A stretch of DNA of 63,637 nucleotides, filler included, from Octopus bimaculoides (taxonomy: Eukaryota), in NCBI RefSeq assembly GCF_001194135.2. It is 6 parts of 4 records of this genome, joined end to end, with 100 filler letters (N's around TTAATTAATTAA, not from the genome) between each part and the next. Parts side by side here need not be neighbours in the genome. Positions count along the whole stretch, not along the records: positions 1 to 14,056 come from NC_068981.1; 5 more parts are not named here. One strand, 5' to 3'. The notes under the pieces were generated by a model that saw nothing but the letters and a program-made list of their open reading frames with translations, did not search any database and was not told the DNA's origin. The first letter of the stretch is position 1; every line of letters starts with the position of its first letter. The position numbers and the translations under genes were made by a program. Shown here piece by piece: positions 1 to 12,400 of the stretch.

Positions 1-505
1 GGGAGCTGTCTTCAATAATTCAAGTAATGCTATATATTCAAAATTAACCATACATGCTGGTTTTGTTGTTATTGTTGCTGCTACTGTTGTTATTGTCACT
101 TATTTTTTTGTATTTTGACGCTACTTTCCTTCAGAAATTAGTGGTCCTAAACTCCCTAGGAAATTTTATGCCAACTTCACCACTTTTATTTATTTATTTA
201 TTTATTTATTTTTTCTTTGTTTTGAAACGAGATCGAAATAAACATTTTATACCGACAGATTTTAGACACTTTTTTTCTGAAACTGGTAAGATTATGTAGG
301 GGGTGCAAATTTTGATCTTGCACCCCCTGAAAATTCTAGGGGGTGCAGGTGCACCCGCTGCACCCCCTGTTCCCGGGCCCTTGATTGTGTAACACTCAAT
401 TCAGATTGTGTTTGTAGAATGATTTCATTAGTAAATTAAATTCTAGTATTTTAAATTACATGTTGCTCCTCAAATGTCTTTATTCTTTTTTCTTGTAATT
501 TTTAG

Positions 506-613
506 TTTCAAGAACCCTGCCTTGATGTAGCTTTGCTTCTGCTGGATAAAGGAGGTCTTTCTACTGCAGCCAAGAGAGACCCTGTGACAGTCATTCGTTG
601 CCTTACTGCCTTG
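506..613 (+). CDS. Transglutaminase exon (FQEPCLD...RCLTAL), 108 nt, phase 0/0
   Basis: Acceptor ...taatttttag|TTT at 505/506, donor TTG|gtaaat at 613/614. 36 codons matching the TGase 'FE..LD.CL.LLD...RGDPV.VSR..SA' segment. Confidence 0.92.
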
Positions 614-3406
614 GTAAATGATTAAACTTTTTATTAATACAAGAGAAAAAGAGTTGATAACATGTAAATTGAAATTTGTTGAGAGTAACTAATGGAAATA
701 ATCGATCCTGCTAAATTTACTTGATACTATGTCTGTTGTTAAGAACTATAGTATACCTCCATATACAAGCACACTACTATTCATTTAATGTTATTTCACT
801 TTTATAGTAGTGTATGGTTCCCTGAAATAAGTGTAGACAATCAGAAAAAAAATCTGTAAATCATACAAGACAAAATTATAGAATGCGTGTAAAATAAAGG
901 ATTTTATTACCAGACCTAAATTTAAAAATTTTAAATAATATAGTGATAATATTTCATAATTATATTTATATAATTTATTTAAACATTTCACTCTTTCTAT
1001 TTGATGGTTTAAATGGCCACACTCTATTTCTAATTTCTACTCCTTTCTATTATTTTCTTCCATATTTTTAGACAAACAGCAACGATGATGATGGTCTCAT
1101 TGAGGGCATGTGGGCAGCTGATTATCCTAAACCAAGTACACGTCCTTCTGAATGGAGTGGAAGTACTGCAATAATCTCACAGTATGTTGAAACCTTACAG
1201 TCTGTTCGTTATGGACAGTGTTGGGTTTTCTCAGGGCTAATGACTACATGTGAGTATTTCTTGATTTATTTATTTTGCAGATAAATTTATTATTGTTGTT
1301 AATTCAAAAAGAAAATCTTTATGAGGGTTGGCTGAAAAGCTTATAGGCTGACCAAGATACTCTCATGGAATGTGAACTAATGAGGTTTATTTTTCAAAAT
1401 AGTTCCCCTTGCAGTTTACACATTCCTTCCATTGTTGTTGCAGTGCTTGGATCCCATTGGTGAAGATTTCATCCAGTTGGTCAAAAAAGTCATCAACAGC
1501 AGACATGATGGAATACTGGTTCCCAGCAAAGTGTATTTTTATGTTGAGGAACAGATGATAGTCAAATGGGACCAAATCAGGAAAATAGCGAGGGTGATCA
1601 ACCAGTTCAAAGCTACAGTCATTCACAGCAGCCATTGAAACCAAGGACTTGTGTGCAGAAGCACACATGTGTGCTGATGAAATAAAACCACTTTTGTCAG
1701 CCTTCTTGGGCATCTGGTCTTGATAGCCTTTTGTGCCTACCTCAGCAAGTTGGCATAGTACTCTCCCTTTTGGACATAGTCAATAAACACAATAATGCCT
1801 TTTGCATCCCCAAAAACTGAGGCCATCACTTTCTCTGCAGATGAAATGACTGTGGCCGTCTTTGGAGCAGGTGAAAAGGGGTGTTTCCCTTACATTGATT
1901 ATCTCTTAGTTTCTGGTTCAAAGTGATCATCCCAACACTCATCCTAGGTTAGGAAATATTCAAGAAAAGCAGCTGGATCTGCCTGAAACAATGTCAGATT
2001 TTCTCCATGATGTGATCAATCTGGTTCACGTTTGATCAGATGTCAGAAGACTTGGCACCAACCAAGCAGAAACCTTCATCAAGCCAAATTCATTGTGAAT
2101 ATATTCTCAACTTTCTCATGAGATATACTGATGGCACTGGCTACTTGATTTATAGTTAATTTCCACTCATCCATCACCATGTAGTGAATAAAATCAATGT
2201 TTTCCTTGGTGGTGGTAGTTGCAGGATGTCCAGACCATGAGCCATCTTCAAGACCTTCCCTTCCTCTCCTAAATTTAGCTGTCTACTTTTGCACTGTTAA
2301 TAAAGCTAGACCACCCTCCCTAATATAGCAATCCTGTCAGTATGAATGTCCTTAGAAGTGTAACCCTTTTTTGCTGGTACTTGATAACATCACAATTTAA
2401 AATTTTGTCCATTTTCAAGAGAAGTTACTACTAGTTACTATTTAAGTCTTCTATGAACAGTTAAATGTCAGTTCATGTGACAAAAAACAAAACAAAACAA
2501 GGCAGTTATTAATTAAAAGGGGTGAAGTTAATGCATGCAAGATTCCACAGCTCTAGCATTTCTCCCTCACAGTCAGCTTATGAACTTTTCAGCCAACCCT
2601 TGTGCATTCACTTTACAAGTTATATGCAAATTTCAAAATTACTTGGCATATGAAGAGAAAGTTTTACAATGTTTACATCAAGAATGTCTGTTGTGTAGTT
2701 TGAACTTATGTTCTTTTGAATAATGATCCAGTTATTATACTTCTATAAAACCATTTTTCATCTGTAAAAGCTGGTGCACTTCTTAAAACAACTGTGTTCA
2801 TATAATTGAGCAAATCCATAATGTTTTATTAGGCTTTTATTGAGCAGTTTGCACAACATATTTTTTGACTAGTTTCAGTCATTTGACCGTAACCATTCGA
2901 GAGCACTGCTTTCAAAATTTTAGTTAATTATCTCGAGTCAAGCACTTAGATAAACTTTAATTTATTGAAAGGCTACCTTTTCTAGAGTAACTTAGAATAA
3001 AATGTTGATATAACTGATAAATGTTAATAAGAGCAATATCTGGTTATCACCAAATGTAATTATGAAAATAATGTCACTTGTGAGATTGTTGAAGGATGGA
3101 TAAGAAACAGATAATGATATATTCTCAAGTCAACATATTTATTCTCATTAATTATCAGAAAGCTGTTAAAATTAGTTGTAGAAAAGTTTAGAGTGGATGA
3201 CTAAAAAATGAACTTAGAATTACATCATCATGCCATAGTTGTTGTCACCGCTGCTACCACTGCTGCCACCATCACATCCCCACCACCACCACCGCGACTG
3301 GAAAGGAAAGAGATAGTAGCACACATACTCACATACATATACATATGTAGATACATACATACATCATCACCATCATCATTTAACATCTGCTTTCGATGTT
3401 GGCATA

Positions 3407-3462
<56 letters not shown>

Positions 3463-6400
3463 GGGCTTCTTTCAATTTCCATCATCCCAAACCACTCACA
3501 AGGCTTTGATTGGTCTGAGAATATAGTAGAAGATACTTACCCAGACACTTGCCCAAAGTGTCACGCATTGGGACTGAACCTGAAACCATCGGAAGCAAAC
3601 TTACTGCACAACCATACTTGCACTTCATAGTCAAACCTGCACCTCATGGCCATGCCTATTCCTAAAAGCCATTAATCTCATTTGATAGTTTTTACATGTA
3701 TGAACGAGAAAGAGAAATGCAAATTGTATGTTTGCTAAAATATGTATATTTTATTAGTGTTCCATCATGTGTATATGTAAGAGAGAGAAATGGAATTACA
3801 GAATATGTGAATGGGTGAGAGAGTGTCTTTTAAAACCCTGTCGCAAGACAGTGCATCTGACCACATTAAGACATCTCTGATGAAATGTTTGAAGTGGGGT
3901 TTATTTATAAGAAAATAAGATTCTATGAAATGCATTTTGGTACATGAAATGGAAGTAGGTCTTTGAAGTTAGCTAAAGATTTTTCACATCTATCACAAGA
4001 TATTATTAGCTTTGATAAGTGTTGAAGAGCATGTTTATCTGACTGCATAGTCAGTTAAATGCTTGCAGTTGCTATATTGCTAAATATGGTATTGTTGGCT
4101 AAAAACAATGTTTCATCTATACAAAAACGTTAAAAGTTCAACTCTATGAGAGATGATATGGTACACTAACATTGTCCTTGTAAACAGTTACATCCTTTTT
4201 CTTGTATTTAAATATACCACTTTTCATCGATGCATACTGATATACAGCTATGTAAAGTACATCATCATCATTTAACATCTGCTTTCCATGCTAGCATGGG
4301 TTAGACGATTTGACTGAGGACTGGCAAGCCAGCAGGCTGCACCAGGCTCCAATCTGATCTGGCAGATTTTCTACAGCTGGATGCCCTTCCTAACACCAAC
4401 CACTCCAAGAGTGTAGTGAGTGCTTTTACGTGCCAATGGCACAAGGGCCAGTCACATGGTACTGGCAACAGCCACGCTCAAAAAGGTGTTTTTTACATGC
4501 CACCTGCACGGGAGCCAGTCCAGCAGCACTGGCAATGACCTCACTCGAATGACTTTCTAACGTGCCACCAGCACAAGTGCTAGAAGGTGACACTGGTAAT
4601 GATTACACTCAAATGGTGCTATTTACGGGCCACTAACACGGAAGCCAGACAGCTGCTCTGGCAATGAACATGCTCGGACAGTGCTATTAGTGCTCCACTG
4701 GCACAGATGCCAGTCATTGAGTATGGTTCAATTACGATTTCGATTTCACTTGCCNNNNNNNNNNNNNNNNNNNNNNNNNNNNNNNNNNNNNNNNNNNNNN
4801 NNNNNNNNNNNNNNNNNNNNNNNNNNNNNNNNNNNNNNNNNNNNNNNNNNNNNNNNNNNNNNNNNNNNNNNNNNNNNNNNNNNNNNNNNNNNNNNNNNNN
4901 NNNNNNNNNNNNNNNNNNNNNNNNNNNNNNNNNNNNNNNNNNNNNNNNNNNNNNNNNNNNNNNNNNNNNNNNNNNNNNNNNNNNNNNNNNNNNNNNNNNN
5001 NNNNNNNNNNNNNNNNNNNNNNNNNNNNNNNNNNNNNNNNNNNNNNNNNNNNNNNNNNNNNNNNNNNNNNNNNNNNNNNNNNNNNNNNNNNNNNNNNNNN
5101 NNNNNNNNNNNNNNNNNNNNNNNNNNNNNNNNNNNNNNNNNNNNNNNNNNNNNNNNNNNNNNNNNNNNNNNNNNNNNNNNNNNNNNNNNNNNNNNNNNNN
5201 NNNNNNNNNNNNNNNNNNNNNNNNNNNNNNNNNNNNNNNNNNNNNNNNNNNNNNNNNNNNNNNNNNNNNNNNNNNNNNNNNNNNNNNNNNNNNNNNNNNN
5301 NNNNNNNNNNNNNNNNNNNNNNNNNNNNNNNNNNNNNNNNNNNNNNNNNNNNNNNNNNNNNNNNNNNNNNNNNNNNNNNNNNNNNNGCTAGGGTGTGGCA
5401 CTTTTTCACACAGCTATCCTCATTCATTCTTGCCACATGTCCATACCAGCGCAATTGTCTCTCCTGCACACCACAACTGATGCTTCTTAGGTCTAACTTT
5501 TCTCTCAAGGTACTTACACTCTGTCGAGTATGCACACTGACATTACACATCCATCAGAGCATACTGGCTTCGTTTCTTGTGAGCTTACGCATGTCCTCAA
5601 CAGTCACGGCCCATGTTTCACTGCCATGTAGCATGGCTGTTCGTACACATGCGTCATACAGTCTGCCTTTTACTCTGAGTGAGAGGCCCTTTGTTATAGC
5701 TGAGGTGGACCATTATATACTCAAGTATGATTTCGTTCTCAATAGAGTGTTATTCAAGGGAATAATGTGAAAAATTTCTATAATCTTAAGGTGTTTGATT
5801 ATCTCAAAATGCTTTATTCCTCATGTCTCCTGTCATTTAGACACGAAGCATTTCTAAGATACACTGGCTTCTACATAACATTACAGAAATCATGGCAAGG
5901 CTGTGGTTCAATAAAATTCACTTAGTGAAAACAATATAGTTCCATTTCTAAATTTTGCTTTTTCTTTTAAACAGTACTTCGTGCTTTGGGAATACCAACT
6001 CGTTCAGTTACCAATTTCCAATCAGCACATGACAGTAATGCAAGTATAACGATAGATACTCATTTCGATGAAAATATGGAACCACTTGACTTCTTGAATG
6101 ATTCTATCTGGTAAGTCTCTTAATTTGTATTTCCTCTATTATTCCATCCATATAGTCACTTAATTACTAACTATCTCTACTTATGATCTGAATATATTTG
6201 TTTTACTTTTGTGCTGTTTTTTCAGAATGTTATACAATACCAAAAAATTATGAATTTTAATTCTGTCCAGATCTTTTATGCAACCAAGTACCAAATAACA
6301 TTTTGTGTGCTACGATTTTCAACACCACTTGTATTTCGTTGTCTGGGTGTTTTTTTCTGTGATGATCTTGGTATTTCTACTCCTGTCTTTTTGCAACTGA

Positions 6401-9400
6401 AATCTTATTGTCACAGTGCTGTATTTTACTGTTACTGAAACAGTCCTTGTTTGGTTTGCTAGATGTAAATGAAGATACAATACACAGCTGATAAATTATA
6501 CAATCAGTTTGAAGATTTGTGATATGAAGACCTACCTTATCTGACAAATGATTCGTATTCATCTATCTGACAAACTGGGATGAAGCTTTCTGGACAGCAG
6601 CCATATTCACATTTAACTGTGTTAATATATTCCTCACTGTTAGTCTCATTTGCCTTTGGTTCATATATGTATGCACACCTACACATTTGTACATGCCTAT
6701 ACACATGATATACACACATACACACATGCAACACACAGACACACACACATACACAAACACACACACATGCAGACACATGCACGCACACACACGCACATGC
6801 ACACGCACACACACTACATACGCACAGCACACACACACACACACTGTTGTATATGGATGTTTTCTCTCTCCCCATTTTTTTCCTCATCCATTTCTGTTGA
6901 AGTAAGTTTGAAACATCAACGACTTTTCCATTCTTTCCAAGCATCAAACTAATACATCTGCTTGTTGTTCCCTCACCTGTCTTTGTCTTTTGTTTTCTAT
7001 ACCTTTGAACCATATATACATATATATTTATATATCATCATCATCATCCTTATCATCATCATCAGTACTATCATCATCATTTAACATCCATTTTCCATGC
7101 TAGCATGGGTCTGACAGAAGCTGGCCAACTGAGGAGCTGCCCAGATTCTGTGTCTCTTTTGGCATGGTTTCTATGGATAGATGTCCTTCCTAACGCCAAT
7201 CACTTTACAGAATGTACTGGGTGCTTTTATGCAGCACCAGTATGGGTGTGTTTATGTGGCACCAATATGGGTACTTTTTACATGGCACCAGCACCTAAGA
7301 GCCCACAAGATTAGGAATACTCAGCTGGAGAGGAATGCATGGGACATGCCTGTATGCAAGGACAACCATGCTTTTACTTAGCTTGACGTGTCTCAGTCAT
7401 CCCATCTGTGAGTTCCAACATCTGTAGATCCTTTCTCACTTTGTCTCATGTCTTCTCTACAATTAGATATATTGTCACCTCTTGGTGCAACTGTCTTCAT
7501 TCATATGCACACTGACATTACCCGTCCAGCTGAGCATACTGGCTGTGTTTCTTTCAAGCCTCTGAATATTATTACCAGTCACAGCTTATGTTGCTCTGAC
7601 ATATATAGCATAGCTGTTTGTACACAGGCATCATGCAATCTGCCTTTCACTCTGAGGAAGAAGCCCTTCATTACTAACAGAAGTAGTAGCTCTCTGAACT
7701 TTTCCCAGCTTATTTTTATTCTAGTAGCTATGTTTTCAGAACAACCTCCCCAACAACTTACTTAGTCACCGAGGTAACGGAAACTGAGGGAATTTGTTTT
7801 TCTGTACATTCCTGGCATTTAATGCGGCACATCTGCCACATGTAAAGACTACTTACTCTGTTAGTCTTCCAGTGATATCACTGCACCTCTTATGTGTCCA
7901 TAGCTTGCACAGGGTTCCCCCAATGGAGTTCCCCCAATGGAGTTCCCCCAATGGAGTTCCCCCAATGGAGTTCCCCCAATGGAGTTCCCCCAATGGAGTT
8001 CCCCCAATGGAGTTTCTTCCAACATCTTTTCTACATATCAAGCAAGGCTATCACCCTGAAGAGATCTGTGATTTGTTTGTTTTCCTATTATCTAGTTCTG
8101 GTAGTGATTCTGCAATAACAACAAGGTCAGTCTTAAATTCCCCAGTTATAGCTTGGGGGACCATGATAAATAAGAGGGGGCTAAGAACTGAACCCTGGTG
8201 GACTCCTACTTGTACACTAAACTCCTTAGTATACTCATTGTTGACTCTCACCTTGCTAACTTTATCCCTGTACATGGCTTGTAGCTCTCACTAGTCACTC
8301 AATTATCCCTAGCTTCTGCACTGCCCACCAGATAAAGGAGCAGGGGACCCTCTCAAAGGCTTTCTCCATATCGACAATAACCAAGTACATAGGTTTATTT
8401 TTGGCCAAATATTTCTCCTGCAGTTGCCTCACTAGGAAGATAACATTGATGGTGCTTCTTCCTAGCATAAATCCAAACTACATCTCATCTATGCTAACTC
8501 TCTTCCTAATTAATTGAGCTATGACCCTTTCTGTAACTTTCATCCTCTGGTCCAGCAATTTTATACCTCTGTAATTATTTCTGTCTAGGGCATCACCTTT
8601 GCCTTTGCTACTACACCAATCAATGGGAATGATTTCCTCATGGACAATCTGATTAACTATACAGATGACTAGGCTATATCCCACTCTACCAGATATTTTA
8701 AGCATCTTTGCATAGATTGCTGATGGGCTGGAGGCTTTCTCTGTTTTCATATCCTTAATTGCTTTATCTGCTAAGATACTGTTGATTTTGATGGCCCCTC
8801 TGTTGGGTCCACATTAGGCAGGCTCTCATTCTCCCATGCATTCTCTACATTTAGTAACCTTTCATAGTGGCACTTCCAAGCATCCTTCTTTGCAGAATTT
8901 CTAACTGTAAGTGTGCCATCATCCATGCAAACACATTTCTCTTCTACCACATCACAATTTTCTCTGAAATGCTATAATGCAATCCAAAACACTTCAAGCC
9001 TCTGGTCCTCACATCACAAAACATTGGCAAACTTCCTCCTTTATGCTTCTGCCCTGGCTATGCATATCTGTCTTCTAGCCTTCCTGCTAGCTACCTGATA
9101 TAGTTCTCTGCTGCCATCGTTCTTCCAGTCTCTCCAGGCCTGTTTCTTCACTCTAGTGGCCTTTAGGATTAAGTGGATGTAGTCATGCCTTTAGGATTAA
9201 GTGATAAGAAGGATTCTCTGTATAAGTCTGTCCACCTAAGATTACTACCTGTACAATATTACTCTTCAAGTCATACTTTGTATCACACACATCACCCTAG
9301 GTCTGGTTGGGACTTTGCACCAGCCACAGATTTGGTTAGTGGTGCACAGCAAGCTGTCCTGCAGGAACTTTCAGTTGCCCTCTATGTTACAAGTCTGTAT

Positions 9401-12400
9401 TTCCTCCTCCTTTGCATTTAATTCCTCAGTTAGGGTGTCCCTAAATCTCAGACCATTTAAAAGATCCTTAAGCTTCCAAATCCTTCTTTTCCAGATTGCT
9501 CTACTTCTTGGATCCTTCTGGCCTGAAGTCCAAAGTCACTAATGACTAATCTATGCTGGGGGTGGGGTACATTCTTCTCATACATACACACATGCACATT
9601 ACTTAAAACATTCTTAAACCATGTTTTTTCTCCCAAAACCTGGTTTATTTACATAAGAGATATTTAGTGTATGAATATAATGTATATATATATACATATA
9701 ATACATACATACATACATACATACATATACATATACATACATATATATATATATATANNNNNNNNNNNNNNNNNNNNNNNNNNNNNNNNNNNNNNNNNNN
9801 NNNNNNNNNNNNNNNNNNNNNNNNNNNNNNNNNNNNNNNNNNNNNNNNNNNNNNNNNNNNNNNNNNNNNNNNNNNNNNNNNNNNNNNNNNNNNNNNNNNN
9901 NNNNNNNNNNNNNNNNNNNNNNNNNNNNNNNNNNNNNNNNNNNNNNNNNNNNNNNNNNNNNNNNNNNNNNNNNNNNNNNNNNNNNNNNNNNNNNNNNNNN
10001 NNNNNNNNNNNNNNNNNNNNNNNNNNNNNNNNNNNNNNNNNNNNNNNNNNNNNNNNNNNNNNNNNNNNNNNGGAATTAAAAATTATTTTTATGCATTTGT
10101 GTACAATTAAACTAAATAAATATTATTTTACAGAATACTAGAATTAAAATTTCTTTGATTAAAACCCTTTCTAACATGGAAGTATCCAAAGAGCATTTGA
10201 GGCACTTAATGGTTTATGAGTACAATAAAATAAACTCTGAAGCCGAAGCAACTCGAAACATACACTCAGTTTATGGGAAAGAATGCTTGCATGAAAGAAC
10301 TTGCAGAAGATGGTTTGCAAAATTCAGAAGTGGAGATTTCAGCCTTGAAGATGAAGATCGGACAGGACGTCCAGTTGAGTTTGATGAGAAGCTCCTTGAG
10401 GCATTACTTGAAGAAAATCATGCATTATCAATTGAAGAATTGGCAATAAAGCTTAGTTCAAACCATACAACTGTTTATTGTCATCTTCAACAACTTGGAA
10501 AGGTTCCTAAACTTGGAAAATGGGTGCCTCATGAATTGTCCGAAAGCAACTGCAAATCCTGAGTTGACATCTGCTCTTCTCCCCATTCACACGATCTCAT
10601 TTCACCTTTTTTGGATGGACTTGTGACTGGTGACTGAAAATGGATCTTCTATCGAAATGTTAAATGTCATAAACAGTGGCTTGGTAAAAGGGGAAAAAGG
10701 TCAACCACAACTGAGAAGGGAACTTCATGGAAAAAGGTTCTTCTCTCTATCTGGTTACCACCTAATGGAACAATCAAAGCTCATATCTACTGTCAGCAAT
10801 TAGAGCATTTGAACCAAGCTTTGAAGAAAAAAAGACCTGCTTTAGTGAATTGAAAAGGAATGTTATTTTGTCAGGACAATGCGCGACCCCACACTGCAAA
10901 GATCACATCACAGAAGATCGAAAAGCTTGGTAGGGAAAAATTCTTCATCCACCTTATTCTCCCGACCTTGCTTCTTCAGACTAGCATTTGTTTCGTAGTT
11001 TACAGAATCATTTGGGGGACATAACTTTTGCAAGCCAGGAGGAGGTCGAAACTGACATTTCAGAGTTCTTCGCTTTGAAACCAAAAGAGTTTTACACTGA
11101 TGGGATTAAAAGGCTTGTAAATAAATGGAAGGAAGTCATAGATAATCAAGGAATGTACATTGATGATTAAATTTCAATTAAATATAACGATTTGTCACTT
11201 GTTTTCTTTATTCAAAATTTGGACAGAACTTATGGGTTGACCTGATACTAGACTACCCATGACCCATTGGGTCACCAGGAAACTCTGACTTTCCCAGCAA
11301 TGGAGTTTTGTTTCGTGGGTTTTTTCTTTTCTTTTCTTTTCACATGCTTTCAACGAATGTGACATTGAAATCACGTGCAAATGTGAAAAGGAAAGATTTG
11401 CTGCTATTTCTTGCACACCCTGCTACCACGTAACAGGTATTTCTGGTCCTTTATTGCAAATAGCGGTTATGTGGTAGTAAGGCATGCTAGAAATTACAGA
11501 CAAATCTTTGGAGGTGAGATACGTTGAATGCACTCAAAAAATACCTATGGAAAAAAGCATTTCACACCGAGGTTACGAACAGTTCTTTTATGAAATGAAT
11601 ATTGGATTTTTAAAGTCATTATCACTTTAAAATATTTTTTTAAATATGCCAAAGAAAAATTTTTAACGGTATTCACTTGAACATAATTAAAAAAAAACAT
11701 TAAAATATTGTCTATTTAAAGAAAGCTAAAATATAAATAATTACTGTACAAACAGCTTGCATTTTTGAAATCACATTCACTTAAAAATATTTCTAAGTGA
11801 TTAAAATATTGTGTTTAACAAAAGCGAAAATACAGGGTGTCCACAAAGTCTGGATACATGGGGATTAACACATACTTTAAGAAATTATTATTTCTTATAT
11901 TTAACTGTATATGTTATGATCTTATTTACTCCATGTACCCACATGGGGATTAACACATACTTTAAGAAATTATTATTTCATATATTTAACTGTATATGTT
12001 ATGATCTTATTTACTCCATGTACCCACATGGGGATTAACACATACTTTAAAAAATTATTATTTCATATATTTAATTGTTTATGTTATGATTTTATATACT
12101 CATGTACCCTGTAGAAATATTTACTGTAAAAAATCATATCATATTTTTTTGTTGTTGAGTCACTGTGTCTAATCGAAAGATAAGAATTTATTCCCTTTCA
12201 GGATTAAGATTATTTTCCCATTATGTACCATTTTGGGTATCTATATCCCGGAAACCTCTAATATCTTAAAAACAACTTGTCCAATTTAAGCGAAACTTGT
12301 TTTATTCTGTTCGTATTAACATTTCAGGGTAAACTTAATTCATAATATTTTTCCATTATGCACCAGTTTGGCTGGGTAATATTGCAAGCAAGCCAGCATG

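Noticed and set aside
6226-6440. Acceptor-like ttttcag followed by an ORF containing FRCLGV, resembling TGase LRCLG (possible alternative exon)
   Set aside because: The surrounding residues do not align to TGase, there is no convincing donor, and the four real exons already join in phase.
7915-12109. Short direct-repeat arrays as possible CRISPR arrays
   Set aside because: The repeats are contiguous with no unique spacers, the DNA is eukaryotic and there are no cas genes.
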